Origin: [Leptolyngbya] sp. JSC-1
GTDB taxonomy: Bacteria; Cyanobacteriota; Cyanobacteriia; Elainellales; Elainellaceae
DNA: 32,000 nucleotides
Reading direction: 5' to 3'
Assembly (NCBI GenBank): GCA_000733415.1
Contig: KL662191.1
Location: forward strand, 1,814,868-1,846,867
The notes under the pieces were generated by a model, which worked only from the letters and a program-made list of their open reading frames with translations, had not been told where the DNA came from and did no database searches. Each line of letters opens with the position of its first letter. Position 1 is the stretch's first letter. Below, piece by piece: positions 1 through 9,150 of the stretch. The position numbers and the translations under genes were made by a program.

Positions 1-765
1 GTCGGTATTAGGATCAGGGGCCAACAGGGTGACTACATCGCCGTAAATGCTGGTGACTGCAAATGATTGGGATAGCACAGCCCCCCCTACTGTATCAAAC
101 GTCAGATCGACTCCTTCTCTATCCGTCCAATCCATCACTGCCTGCGCCACATCGGTCTGACGATACAAAATCACCCAATCAGCCCCCAGCGAACGCACAA
201 ACTCTGCCTTTTCTGAGGAGCTGACGGTGGTACAAACCGTTGCGCCAGCCAGTTTGGCAAGCTGAATTGCGATATGCCCAACGCCACCAGCTCCCGCCTG
301 AATCAACACCCGTCGCCCTGCTTCCAGCCGACCCCGGTCATACAACGCCTCCCAAGCAGTGATCAGCACCAACGGCACTGCCGCCGCTTCGGCAAAACTC
401 AGAGATGCAGGCTTGCGGGCCGCGAAGCGTTCATCCACTACGGCATACTCAGCATAGTTGCCGGGATGCCCTCCCAACCCGCCATTGCAGAAATAGACCG
501 CATCACCCACTTGAAAAGATTGCACGCCATCCCCGACCGCTTCCACAATCCCAGCTCCATCACAGCCCAAAATGGCAGGCAAGGCATCTGGATAGAAGGC
601 TCCCCGCTGGCGAATTTTAGTATCGATTGGATTTATCCCTGCTGCCTTCAAACGCACTAGCAGCTCGGTGCTGCGCTGGATTTGGGGTTTGGGAACCTCT
701 CGAACTTGCAGGACTTCTGGGTCACCCACTGCGGTCATTACAACGGCCTTCATCATCGGTTTCAT
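1..765 (-). CDS. Medium-chain dehydrogenase/reductase (NADPH:quinone oxidoreductase-like). The C-terminus lies outside the window.
   Basis: My translation of the minus strand from the ATG at 765 gives MKPMMKAVVMTAVGDPEVLQVREVPKPQ...GINPIDTKIRQRG...RRVLIQAGAGGVGHIAIQLAKLAGA. This shows a GroES-like N-domain and an AGAGGVG Rossmann motif. GAGGAG lies 5 nt upstream of the ATG. It is not in the ORF track because the stop is outside the window. Confidence 0.85.
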   Translation of the reverse strand, partial: MKPMMKAVVMTAVGDPEVLQVREVPKPQIQRSTELLVRLKAAGINPIDTKIRQRGAFYPDALPAILGCDGAGIVEAVGDGVQSFQVGDAVYFCNGGLGGHPGNYAEYAVVDERFAARKPASLSFAEAAAVPLVLITAWEALYDRGRLEAGRRVLIQAGAGGVGHIAIQLAKLAGATVCTTVSSSEKAEFVRSLGADWVILYRQTDVAQAVMDWTDREGVDLTFDTVGGAVLSQSFAVTSIYGDVVTLLAPDPNTD

Positions 766-959
766 GCCACTCCTCAATTCGTAGGTCTGAGTTCTGCGTT
801 CAGTATCTCAGCATAAAACCAAGGTTGAACCATCGGATGACAACAAGAAAATTACGTCCTAAGACAAAGCACCCGGACAGCAAATTCATGTGGCGGACAG
901 CTATCCAGATGCTTTGAGTTCCGAGCAGATGTTGCGTTGCTCGATAGATGGTAACTGAG

Positions 960-1298
960 TTAATCGGCCAAGCTCCCCACACTGAGGGGCACCATCTCGC
1001 CGGTGGTGGTGAGTCCTAACAGCATTGGCTCCTTTGGTCGGATTAATTGACCCGTGAGGACACAGCGCTCTTCTTGATTAGCAACTGCCTGTACGCTAGC
1101 CCGGATATCCTCCTGCGAACACCGAAATTGATACTCTCCTGATTTCTGCCGTACATAGTTCCAAAGCACATCGCGAATTAACGCCTGATAGCCTTGATTG
1201 CCAGACAACTCCTTGAGTTTCTCCTTCAGTTCCCGCTCTAGACGGATGCTGGTGACTTCCATATCGGTAGTGGCCGTGCGGTTAATCGTATACATCAC
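960..1298 (-). CDS. Ribbon-helix-helix (CopG/BrnA-like) domain protein with a C-terminal extension of about 65 aa
   Basis: ORF track, 112 aa. The segment VTSIRLERELKEKLKELSGNQGYQALIRDVLWNYV matches the RHH beta-strand/helix pattern (IRL...LK...GxxYQxLI) of BrnA/CopG antitoxins. No cognate toxin gene is adjacent. Confidence 0.6.
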   Translation of the reverse strand: MMYTINRTATTDMEVTSIRLERELKEKLKELSGNQGYQALIRDVLWNYVRQKSGEYQFRCSQEDIRASVQAVANQEERCVLTGQLIRPKEPMLLGLTTTGEMVPLSVGSLAD

Positions 1299-1646
1299 AG
1301 TTCCTCCAAAATTTGATCGCTAACTGAACAAAGAAAGTTTGAGCAAGGTTCAAGATTTGAGTTTTGCGGCTTGCTTCTGCGTAGCAGTGTCTTGTTGGCA
1401 CTGTCTGTGCATAACACGTAGTTTTGGATTATTTCCGGAATAGAACGATGGGCAGGTGTAGCTGCTCGGACAGCTACGAGTTGCTAGGACTATTCCTTAA
1501 ATTCAAAACCCACAACTTAAAACTCAATGCTTGTAAACCTCCTTGATTCAAACTTCCACGAAAGACTAGACACTTCCGTAATACAAGTGTAGTATGTTAA
1601 CTGAGAGATGCAAGCCTTATCTTTCCAGTTTTTCTAAAGGAGAACC

Positions 1647-2069
1647 ATGATTCGTTACCTCATGACCACTGATAGAGCGATAGCCGCAGCGCCCAATTGG
1701 GGTAGTGAGTGGTTGTCGCTGGTGGCATGTCAGCTGGCGGCATGTCAGTTGGTGGCATGTCGGTGGAGGTGGGGCAATGACACAGCAGGAATTGGTGCAG
1801 GTAATCACACACAAGTTAAGCATGCACAAGTTAAGCATGCACAATTTGAGCGTGCGCAAGTTAAGCATGCACAAGTTAAGTGCGCACAATTTGAGCGTGC
1901 GCAAGTTAATAGTGTTCGACCTATTTGGCGGCGGCTGGATCCAGCGATTCTGGGTCAATCCATTTTGGATCAATTCATTCTGAAACAGCGCTTAGATCGA
2001 GTCGGGTCGCAGAGAAGCGGGAGGTACGGCGGCAGCCAGCGAGGCAGTCTCGTACCAAGAGAGGACTAG
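1647..2069 (+). CDS. Hypothetical repeat protein (pentapeptide-like AQ[VF]xx units); coding status uncertain
   Basis: AAAGGAG lies 4-5 nt upstream of the ATG. In this frame the 15-bp repeats read AQVKH AQVKH AQFER AQVKH AQVKC AQFER AQVNS, which fits the A-(D/N/Q)-(L/F/V)-x-x pentapeptide pattern. Against this, two other frames are also open across the repeats, and the C-terminal part looks non-protein-like. Confidence 0.25.
   Translation: MIRYLMTTDRAIAAAPNWGSEWLSLVACQLAACQLVACRWRWGNDTAGIGAGNHTQVKHAQVKHAQFERAQVKHAQVKCAQFERAQVNSVRPIWRRLDPAILGQSILDQFILKQRLDRVGSQRSGRYGGSQRGSLVPRED
1721..1765. repeat. 15-bp tandem repeat x3 (ggYggcatgtcRgYt)
   Basis: Read directly: ggtggcatgtcagct / ggcggcatgtcagtt / ggtggcatgtcggtg. 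Confidence 0.9.
1810..1914. repeat. 15-bp tandem repeat x7 with a 45-bp higher-order period
   Basis: Read directly: cacaagttaagcatg, cacaagttaagcatg, cacaatttgagcgtg, cgcaagttaagcatg, cacaagttaagtgcg, cacaatttgagcgtg, cgcaagttaatagtg. Units 2-4 nearly equal units 5-7. Confidence 0.9.
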
Positions 2070-2166
2070 AAATACCTGCATTTGGTGTTCGGCCCCCGCT
2101 TCTACTCAACGGAAGTGGGGGTCATTGATTTGGTGGCATTTTTAGTACTGATGGAGTCTCTCGGTC

Positions 2167-2547
2167 ATGCTGAAAGTTACTTATTTGGACAGCGGTTTAT
2201 ATTTGGAACATCTGCAAGAAACCGTGGAAGACTGGTTAACCCTGCGGGTGATCTTAGCGGTGAGAATGGGCCATCGCTTGGTGATAGAGCGCAGCACAGC
2301 TTCGTTGCTGTTGCCCATTAATCTAGTGAAACGTTCTAACCTAGAAGCCTTAGCTTGCCAAGAACCTAATCTTTTCATATCTCCAGTAGATAGCGAATAC
2401 CTGGAAGTCAGCCTTCAGGGAACTTGGGTATGTTCTGATGAGAGCGGCGAAGGTGTATTTGTGACGGCACTCAACTCGACGATCGAGACGGTTTTGTTTA
2501 ATTTGTGGCAGGTGGCCGCCGTCGGGGCTTCTTCATTTATCTACTAG
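2167..2547 (+). CDS. Hypothetical protein (126 aa)
   Basis: ORF track. The composition looks protein-like and no better overlapping ORF exists. I do not recognise a family with confidence. Confidence 0.5.
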   Translation: MLKVTYLDSGLYLEHLQETVEDWLTLRVILAVRMGHRLVIERSTASLLLPINLVKRSNLEALACQEPNLFISPVDSEYLEVSLQGTWVCSDESGEGVFVTALNSTIETVLFNLWQVAAVGASSFIY

Positions 2548-3125
2548 AGGTCGATCGGGGCTTATTTACTAGGGGACTGATTGACGCTGGCATATTATCC
2601 TCAATCGGCCATTTCGGATTCGGAATCACTTGTAGTCTGAATGTATTATAATGTAGCACGGTGTTGCTAAATTCTTGCAGTTTGCCGGATGGCTAGCGCA
2701 AGTCTGAATTGTGATTAGTCATTGAATTAGAAATTGTCCTCCTTGGAACTGTAGTTGACTCCATCTTTCAGGCATCTAATTTTCTTCACTCTTCTGCCTC
2801 AGATATATCTACAACGCTCATTTAACCTTAGCTCCTTAGCTATCTCAGTATTTCAGCATTAATTCACCTTAGCTTTACCTCAGGATTCCTATGTTGCTCT
2901 ACATTCATTTCCTTGAATTTTTTGTTCCGGCCAAACAGGAGCCTGCCCAATCCCGCTCCAAGTCTGACTGCCAATCAAACTCAAATCCTGCTGCTGTCCT
3001 GGCGGCTCGCAAGCGCCAATCCGCTCAAGCAGTAACCAAGCAGCTGCATGAATTAAAGTCCAACTATTCTCTGGAGCGCCGCCTCTTCTGGTGAAACTCC
3101 AGATATTCAGGAGAGCAATTTAACT

Positions 3126-4106
3126 ATGCCAGTCCTAACAACACGCCCCTACAGAGGTGAAGTCGATCTACCACTGATTGTGGACTTACTGAATGCCTGT
3201 GAAGCGGTTGACCGCGAAGACAATTTTTATTCTGCTACTGATCTGGGCCTCAGCTTTGCCGAGCCAGACTTTGACCCAACGCAAAACGTGCGGTTGTGGG
3301 AGGATGAAGCGGGGCGCTTAATTGCCTATGCCGACCTCTGGACTCCGCCTGAACCTTTAGAGTCATTAGATGGATTTCTTTGGTTTCGGGTGCTGCCCAC
3401 CGAGCGTTGGCAAGGCATCGAGAGAGATATACTCGCTTGGGCTGAAGCACGGGTCCATCAGGAAGCCACGGCACACCAACTGCCCGCCAAACTGCAGCTG
3501 AGCTGTCGTGATTGCCAATCAAACTGCATTGTGTTCTATCAACAGCACGGATATAGTTACGAACGTCGTTTCCTAACTATGGCTCGATCGTTGACCGAAC
3601 CGATTCCTGAGCCAATTTTGCCAGAAGGGTTTCAAATTATCCAGACGCGGGGTGTCGAAGATGCGGCTGCGTGGGTAGAGATGTACAATCAAACGTTCAT
3701 CGATCACTGGAATTTCCATCCTCAAACAGTAGCCGAGCACAGCTACTGGCTATCAACGCCGGTTTACTGTCCAGAGCTAGATCTAATTGCCGTTGCTCCA
3801 GACGGAACCTTTGCGGCCTTTTGCCACGGCCATATTGATGCCGAAGAGAACCAACAAAAAGACCGGCGTGAAGGCTGGATTAATAGCTTGGGAACACGGC
3901 GTGGCTTTCGGCGCATGGGGTTGGCAAGAGCCATCCTGCTGGCAGGTTTACAGCGGCTGAAGGCAGCCGGAATGGATACCGCCAAACTGGGTGTGGATAC
4001 CCAAAATCCGAACTCAGCGCAAACGCTCTATGAGTCTGTAGGTTTTCAAACGCGATATGCATCTCTGTCTTATAGCAAGACAATTTCTAGCCAGACAATT
4101 TCTTAA
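3126..4106 (+). CDS. GNAT family N-acetyltransferase, two-domain (mycothiol-synthase-like architecture)
   Basis: ORF track, 326 aa. The C-terminal GNAT motif A is LGTRRGFRRMGLARAILLAGLQRLKAAG, followed by NPNSAQTLYESVGF. The size fits tandem GNAT folds. Confidence 0.85.
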   Translation: MPVLTTRPYRGEVDLPLIVDLLNACEAVDREDNFYSATDLGLSFAEPDFDPTQNVRLWEDEAGRLIAYADLWTPPEPLESLDGFLWFRVLPTERWQGIERDILAWAEARVHQEATAHQLPAKLQLSCRDCQSNCIVFYQQHGYSYERRFLTMARSLTEPIPEPILPEGFQIIQTRGVEDAAAWVEMYNQTFIDHWNFHPQTVAEHSYWLSTPVYCPELDLIAVAPDGTFAAFCHGHIDAEENQQKDRREGWINSLGTRRGFRRMGLARAILLAGLQRLKAAGMDTAKLGVDTQNPNSAQTLYESVGFQTRYASLSYSKTISSQTIS

Positions 4107-4137
4107 GAGCAAAAACAGCACAAATTGGCAACCTGAC

Positions 4138-4347
4138 TCATTTCACCTGCTCGATCGAATATTTCTGGTAGCCTTGTTCTGCCATCCATTTGGATAGCGC
4201 TTTCATTACAACAGGGGCACGACGATCGGGCAGGCGAATCAAACAGCCGTAGTCGAATAGCGGCGTTGGAGCCATTCTCTGAACTTTTTCAGACTCCCAA
4301 AAACTTTGGGGAATTTTGCTGTCAAACGTAATTTTGATGTGCTTCAT
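4138..4347 (-). CDS. Small hypothetical protein (69 aa)
   Basis: ORF track. AGGAAG lies 3 nt upstream of the ATG on the minus strand. No family recognised. Confidence 0.35.
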   Translation of the reverse strand: MKHIKITFDSKIPQSFWESEKVQRMAPTPLFDYGCLIRLPDRRAPVVMKALSKWMAEQGYQKYSIEQVK

Positions 4348-5135
4348 TCTCTTCCTGGGGCGCTAGTCAACTCATGGAGAACACCCTGATGAGAAAGGCA
4401 TTATAAAACAGTTGCCTTTAAACCATGCCTTGAACTAACTCAGCAGAGGAGCTACAGCCTCACATGTAGGGATCTATTCGGTGGTAGTTGCTGCGGTACT
4501 TTCTGAAGTACCTACCGGATTATCTGCTGTGGTACTTTTTGGGGCACTTCCCACTGGGGCAGTGTCTGGGGGATTAGACTGGAACACACCAAATGTAGCC
4601 CAAACCGTGTAGCCGTTATTACGCACTCCTCACCCATATATAAATTTCTACCACAAAAGAACGGTTGACTTCTGTACTTCCTCAAACAAAAAGGGGAGAT
4701 CCAGTAGATCTGGACTATAGCCTTTTCCTGGTTCGATTTAATACTTCTGAAAAATGAAACTACAGAAACCGCCATTTGTAGTAGATCACCTGAGGCTAAT
4801 TTAGCCTTTGTCGGGTTTACTTAAGCCGGAACTTGTGCTGCTGCCGGTGGGGGTGAGCGGTCAGCGGCAGGTTCACTTCACCCTGATTGCAATCTTTCTT
4901 AACCCATCTTGATTAGTTCAGTCAAGAGAGCAGACTTGTGCTAAAAACTCTCAACAAATCCTCATGAACCGTAACCCATTCCGAACAAGAAGCTTAAGGT
5001 CCAAGGAGACCTGATGTTCTCGTGGTAGCTTGTGGCTAGAAGGGAGCCGAATTCAGTTAGGCTCGTCTGCGGCCTTTGAGTTCGTTTGATTGCTTTCGTT
5101 CTATCTCTACTGTCGAACTTGTCGGAGATTCTGCC

Positions 5136-5612
5136 ATGATACAAACTCCACCGCCTCCTTCGATCACACCACGCCAAATGAATTTGCTGCGAGTTGTCAC
5201 AGCGATGGCTTGGGCCGATGGCGGTTTAGCCACTGAAGAAGTTGATGTGATGCTAGACCGATTCAGCAGCATTTTTGCAGCTGATGCGCCTCAGCAGCAA
5301 ATGCTACGCCAAGAATTACAAGACTACATGATGCAAAATATCCCGCTTGAGGAGCTGACACCCAAACTGCAATCGACCGAAGAAAAAGAGCTGGTGCTGT
5401 GGCTCGGCTATGAAGTGATCTGCTCTAGTGCCCGTTCGCCGGAAGAAGAGAATATCAATGAAGAAGAAGAAGCTGCCTATCGGAAACTGGTAGAGCTACT
5501 AGATTTGCCAGCAGAAACAGTGGAACGAATTCAGGCTGAAGTTGAAGCAAGCCATGAGTCCGGCAGTTTGATTGATAACCTGACGCGCAAGCTAGAAGAG
5601 TTTATGCGTTGA
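5136..5612 (+). CDS. TerB-like (tellurite-resistance TerB family) domain protein
   Basis: The ORF track opens this frame at 5076. I prefer the ATG at 5136 (MIQTPPPP...), which has GGAG 9 nt upstream. LLRVVTAMAWADGGLATEEVDVMLDRF is the typical TerB-like helix pair with the ADG...E motif. The C-terminal tail is acidic. Confidence 0.6.
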   Translation: MIQTPPPPSITPRQMNLLRVVTAMAWADGGLATEEVDVMLDRFSSIFAADAPQQQMLRQELQDYMMQNIPLEELTPKLQSTEEKELVLWLGYEVICSSARSPEEENINEEEEAAYRKLVELLDLPAETVERIQAEVEASHESGSLIDNLTRKLEEFMR

Positions 5613-5650
5613 CGGTATGAACAGTGACCTAAGTACCTGGACTTGTGCAG

Positions 5651-5678
5651 GAGCGATCGTTCGACCGCTCTTTTTTTG
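5651..5678 (+). terminator. Rho-independent terminator candidate downstream of the TerB-like gene
   Basis: The GAGCG (5651-5655) / CGCTC (5666-5670) stem is followed directly by TTTTTTT (5671-5677). Confidence 0.55.
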
Positions 5679-5995
5679 TTCTGTAATTCGAGCAAATCAA
5701 GGGTTAGTGTCTTAAACTGTGTTTCTTGAGCACTAGAGCCTCAATGCTATTTTAAGATTCCACAAGATACACAAAGAAGCCATAAGAAGTGCACCGATGC
5801 AGCCAGATCATGCGAATATCAATTGCATTGGTCGAAAAATTTTGCTTTCGCGATTTTGCAGTTTTAAGCTTGTGTCTCCTGTTTTGATGTTTGAGCTGAT
5901 CAATATCGCTTCGTTTTCTGATTTCCTTCATTTATTTCGAACCACAGCCTCCGTTCTCGATACACCCATTCATTCATCTATCAGTTGACTCAACT

Positions 5996-6997
5996 ATGAA
6001 CATTCGTTTCTCTCGTCGGGCTTTTCTGCAAACCGCATCATTAGCGACCGTTGCCATGGTCTTGCCGATTGCCAGTCACTCTGGTCAGGCAGCCCAGGTG
6101 ATGCAGCCTTCTCCGCAGTTGCGCAATCCCGGCTTTTACCGTTTCAAGTTGGGCGATTTTGAGCTGGTTTCGGTGAGCGATGGCACCCTGTCGGTTCCGG
6201 CGGCTGTATTTGCCGGTAATGCCAGCCCAAATCAATTGGCTGAAGTGCTGCAAGCTGGGTTTGAAACCGAAACCCTGACGGCCCATTGCAATGTTCTATA
6301 CGTCAACACCGGTCAACATCGAGTTTTAATTGACACGGGAAACGGCGCGTTGTCCGGTGATACAGCCGGTAAACTGTTGGCCAATTTGCAGGCGGCCCAG
6401 ATCAATCCCTCAGATATTGACACGATTATCATTAGTCATGCCCACGGCGATCACGTTGGCGGTTTGCTAGATGCGTCTGGCAATTCTGTGTTTACCAATG
6501 CTCAATTTTATGTGCCACGTTTAGAGCACGAATTCTGGATGCAGCCGCAGGTAAGTTTACCCAAGATGAGTTTAGATGAAGCGGCAAAGCAGAAGATGAT
6601 TGAAACCGCCAAGCGGCAACTCGGAGCTATCGAGTCGCGCCTGACGATTTTTGAGCCTGAGCAGGAGATTATTTCTGGATTTTCTGCGATGCCAGCGTCT
6701 GGGCATACGCCCGGCCAGGTCGCGATTCGTATCCGTTCTGGCAATCAGTTCCTGACCCATACCGCCGATGTTGTGCACACGCACCATATTAATCTCTGGC
6801 ATCCCGACTGGCAGCCCATCTTTGATGCTGACCCCGCTCAGGCTGTTGAAGCCCGTCAGCGAATTTTGCAGCAAATCTCGGACAGTCGCGAGCTGATGTA
6901 TGCCTATCATTTTCCGTTTCCGGGACTGGGCCATATTCGCCCTCGGGAAGGCGGTGGCTTTACCTGGGAGCCGGTAAATTGGCAGTTTGAAACATGA
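5996..6997 (+). CDS. MBL-fold metallo-hydrolase with a twin-arginine (Tat) signal peptide
   Basis: ORF track, 333 aa. The N-terminus FSRRAFLQTASLATVAM matches the S-R-R-x-F-L Tat consensus. The metallo-beta-lactamase motif is ISHAHGDHVGG (HxHxDH). Confidence 0.85.
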   Translation: MNIRFSRRAFLQTASLATVAMVLPIASHSGQAAQVMQPSPQLRNPGFYRFKLGDFELVSVSDGTLSVPAAVFAGNASPNQLAEVLQAGFETETLTAHCNVLYVNTGQHRVLIDTGNGALSGDTAGKLLANLQAAQINPSDIDTIIISHAHGDHVGGLLDASGNSVFTNAQFYVPRLEHEFWMQPQVSLPKMSLDEAAKQKMIETAKRQLGAIESRLTIFEPEQEIISGFSAMPASGHTPGQVAIRIRSGNQFLTHTADVVHTHHINLWHPDWQPIFDADPAQAVEARQRILQQISDSRELMYAYHFPFPGLGHIRPREGGGFTWEPVNWQFET

Positions 6998-7154
6998 TGA
7001 GACATGAAGGTTTTAGGTAAGTAGGTCAACCAAATTAAACGGTAGATATAGTGCGGGCATCTTGCCCACGCCCGCGAGACGCTAGCCCTACGGATCTTCA
7101 AAATAATGATGTTGATCTACTTGCAGCGTTTTTTACTCATGTGAGGTATGGGGG

Positions 7155-7214
7155 GTGTGGGGGCACTGCCCCTGCACCCCGTTTTTCGTACTTCACTAGC
7201 CTGAAAAAGGCTGT
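7155..7214 (+). repeat. Dispersed 60-bp element, copy 1, preceded by a short G-rich stub
   Basis: gtgtgggggcactgcccctgcaccccgtttttcgtacttcactagcctgaaaaaggctgt matches 16947-17006 at 57 of 60 positions by hand alignment. It contains a G/C hairpin followed by TTTTT. Confidence 0.85.
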
Positions 7215-7329
7215 ATCTAGCATAAATGGCAAAAGAGCGGATTCACAGCCTACTAAATTCAATCTGGAATATCCGCTGCTTTTGTAGCTCTTTTTCAAAA
7301 AAACCGTCTTAGTTACCAGCTTCCATCAA

Positions 7330-9150
7330 CTAGGCAATCAACTCACCTGTTTCCTGCAATGTATGCAGACGGTGATAGATGCCACCGTGATTCAACAACT
7401 CGTCGTGGCTACCAACTTCGATAATCTGCCCTTGGTCTAGCACCACAATTTTGTCTGCTTCTCGCACGGTACTGAGTCGGTGGGCAATGATGATGGTGGT
7501 ACGAGTGCCCAGAATACTGCGCATAGCAAGTTGAATCGTCCGCTCCGACTCGTAGTCCAGGCTAGAGGTGGCTTCATCAAACACCAGCAGATCAGGATTC
7601 ATCAACAGAGCGCGAGCAATTCCCAATCGCTGCCGCTGGCCACCCGATAGACGCACCCCTCGCTCGCCGACAATCGTCTTGTACCCCTTGGGTAACAACC
7701 GCACAAATTCATCCACCCGGGCAATCGCACAAGCCGATTCAATTTCGGTCATGGATGCCGTCGGGTTGCCGTAAATCAGGTTATCAAGCAGCGTGCCGTT
7801 GAAGACATCCACCTCCTGATGCACAATCGCCAACCGTTTGCGGTAGCCGGTAATATCGAGCTGCCGAATATCCTGACCGTCGATCAAAATTCGACCGGCG
7901 TTGGGATCAAAATAGCGGAACAGCAGTTTCACCAGCGTGGACTTGCCTGAACCGGACCGCCCTACTAGAGCCACGGTTTGATTCGGTTCAATCAGCAAGT
8001 CAATGTTCTGCAACACTGGGCGATCGGCGTCGTAGCCAAAGTTGAGCTGATCAAAATGCACCTTACCCGTAAACTGGTACTGTCGCACGGCGGTGGGGTG
8101 TGCCTCGGCTTGTTCCAGCAGGGCTGCATCGGTGCCAGAGGGCAGTTCCATGAATTCGTGTAATCGCTGCATCGAGGCATAGCGACGGGCGAACACTTCG
8201 GCAAGCTGGCTAATGGGTTCGAGTTCGGCATAGGCCATGCTAGAAATTGTCAGCACCGTGACAAAATGCCCCAGGGAAATCTGCCCCCGCACCGTGGCCC
8301 ATAGGGTTAATGCCAGCACCGTAAACACAGACGACTCGATCACCAAACGCTGCCAGGAAAACAGCTTGGTATAACCTTTGTGAATGCCGTAGTTGAGGAA
8401 AGTAAACTCCCGCTGGATGCGGCGTTTTTGGTGTTCTAGTTCTGCAGCTTCGGTAGCAAATGCCTTGACCGTTTTGATGTTTGTAATAATCTCCGACGTG
8501 CGACTTTCCGTATTCTCTTCGTGTTTATCCAGGATTTCCTCCTTCTTCATCAAACGAGTCAGATTCTTCAAGGTGAAGCTGAGAATGAAGACAAATGAAC
8601 AGAGAAACAGTATCGCGATCCGCCATTCAATCAGCAGAATCATCACAAAAATTCCGATTACGCGAATAATTTTCGGAATCATTTGCCCAGCAATCTCAGG
8701 ATAGGTCCAGGTATGATTTGATAAACCCCTGGCAACACGTCCAGAAACACGACCTGGATTATTTTCATCATAAAATTCTAACGGCAGGGTCAGAACTTTC
8801 CTAATCGCTTCCAGGGTGTGATCTCGTCTAGTTTTGAAGGCAATATCCCAGTGGAACCAACTGCTCAGCCAGGGTTGAACCGGCGCTCGCACAACCGTGA
8901 CAAGAAAAATGACGCCGAGCAGCAGCAGTAATGCCGCCTCACGGCCATTGGCTTGGGTTGGCACAGACTGATCGATCAAATTCTGCAAAGGCTGATCTAG
9001 CGGTTGATTCGACAAAACATTCAGCAGTTGACCCATGATGTAAGGCACAGCCAAATCGACCAGTTCAAATAAACTGCTGGCCGTAATGCTAAAAATTGAC
9101 AGCGACCAATAAGATCGGTAGTACTGCAGGATGTCGCGAAACTTGGCCAT
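7330..9150 (-). CDS. ABC transporter, fused permease/ATP-binding protein (MsbA-like type I exporter)
   Basis: The ORF track frame is 7330-9165. I prefer the second ATG at 9150 (MAKFRDIL), because GGAGG lies 7 nt upstream of it. The N-terminal half has six TM segments. Motifs are Walker A GRSGSGKST, signature LSGGQRQR and Walker B LLVFDEATS. Confidence 0.9.
   Translation of the reverse strand: MAKFRDILQYYRSYWSLSIFSITASSLFELVDLAVPYIMGQLLNVLSNQPLDQPLQNLIDQSVPTQANGREAALLLLLGVIFLVTVVRAPVQPWLSSWFHWDIAFKTRRDHTLEAIRKVLTLPLEFYDENNPGRVSGRVARGLSNHTWTYPEIAGQMIPKIIRVIGIFVMILLIEWRIAILFLCSFVFILSFTLKNLTRLMKKEEILDKHEENTESRTSEIITNIKTVKAFATEAAELEHQKRRIQREFTFLNYGIHKGYTKLFSWQRLVIESSVFTVLALTLWATVRGQISLGHFVTVLTISSMAYAELEPISQLAEVFARRYASMQRLHEFMELPSGTDAALLEQAEAHPTAVRQYQFTGKVHFDQLNFGYDADRPVLQNIDLLIEPNQTVALVGRSGSGKSTLVKLLFRYFDPNAGRILIDGQDIRQLDITGYRKRLAIVHQEVDVFNGTLLDNLIYGNPTASMTEIESACAIARVDEFVRLLPKGYKTIVGERGVRLSGGQRQRLGIARALLMNPDLLVFDEATSSLDYESERTIQLAMRSILGTRTTIIIAHRLSTVREADKIVVLDQGQIIEVGSHDELLNHGGIYHRLHTLQETGELIA

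Noticed and set aside
1810-1914. Whether any of the tandem arrays (1810-1914, 16509-16562, 16868-16955) could be a CRISPR array.
   Set aside because: The units are 8-15 bp and directly abutting, with no unique spacers. There are no cas genes in the window.
1617-1983. ORFs 1617-1973 (minus) and 1705-1983 (plus) crossing the 15-bp repeats.
   Set aside because: They are open only because the repeat unit lacks stop codons in those frames. Neither has a convincing start context. Their products are Cys/Leu- or His/Lys-rich repeats with no pentapeptide-rule fit.
2891-3094. A 67-aa ORF upstream of the GNAT gene.
   Set aside because: The product is low-complexity and Ser/Gln/Ala-rich, with no ribosome-binding site. 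It lies in an AT-rich promoter-like region.
4512-4775. An 87-aa minus-strand ORF in the long intergenic region.
   Set aside because: The composition is odd (Cys/Phe/Gln-rich), there is no ribosome-binding site and no recognisable motif. The region looks non-coding. A perfect 7-bp hairpin, GGTACTT/AAGTACC at 4495-4512, sits at its 3' end.
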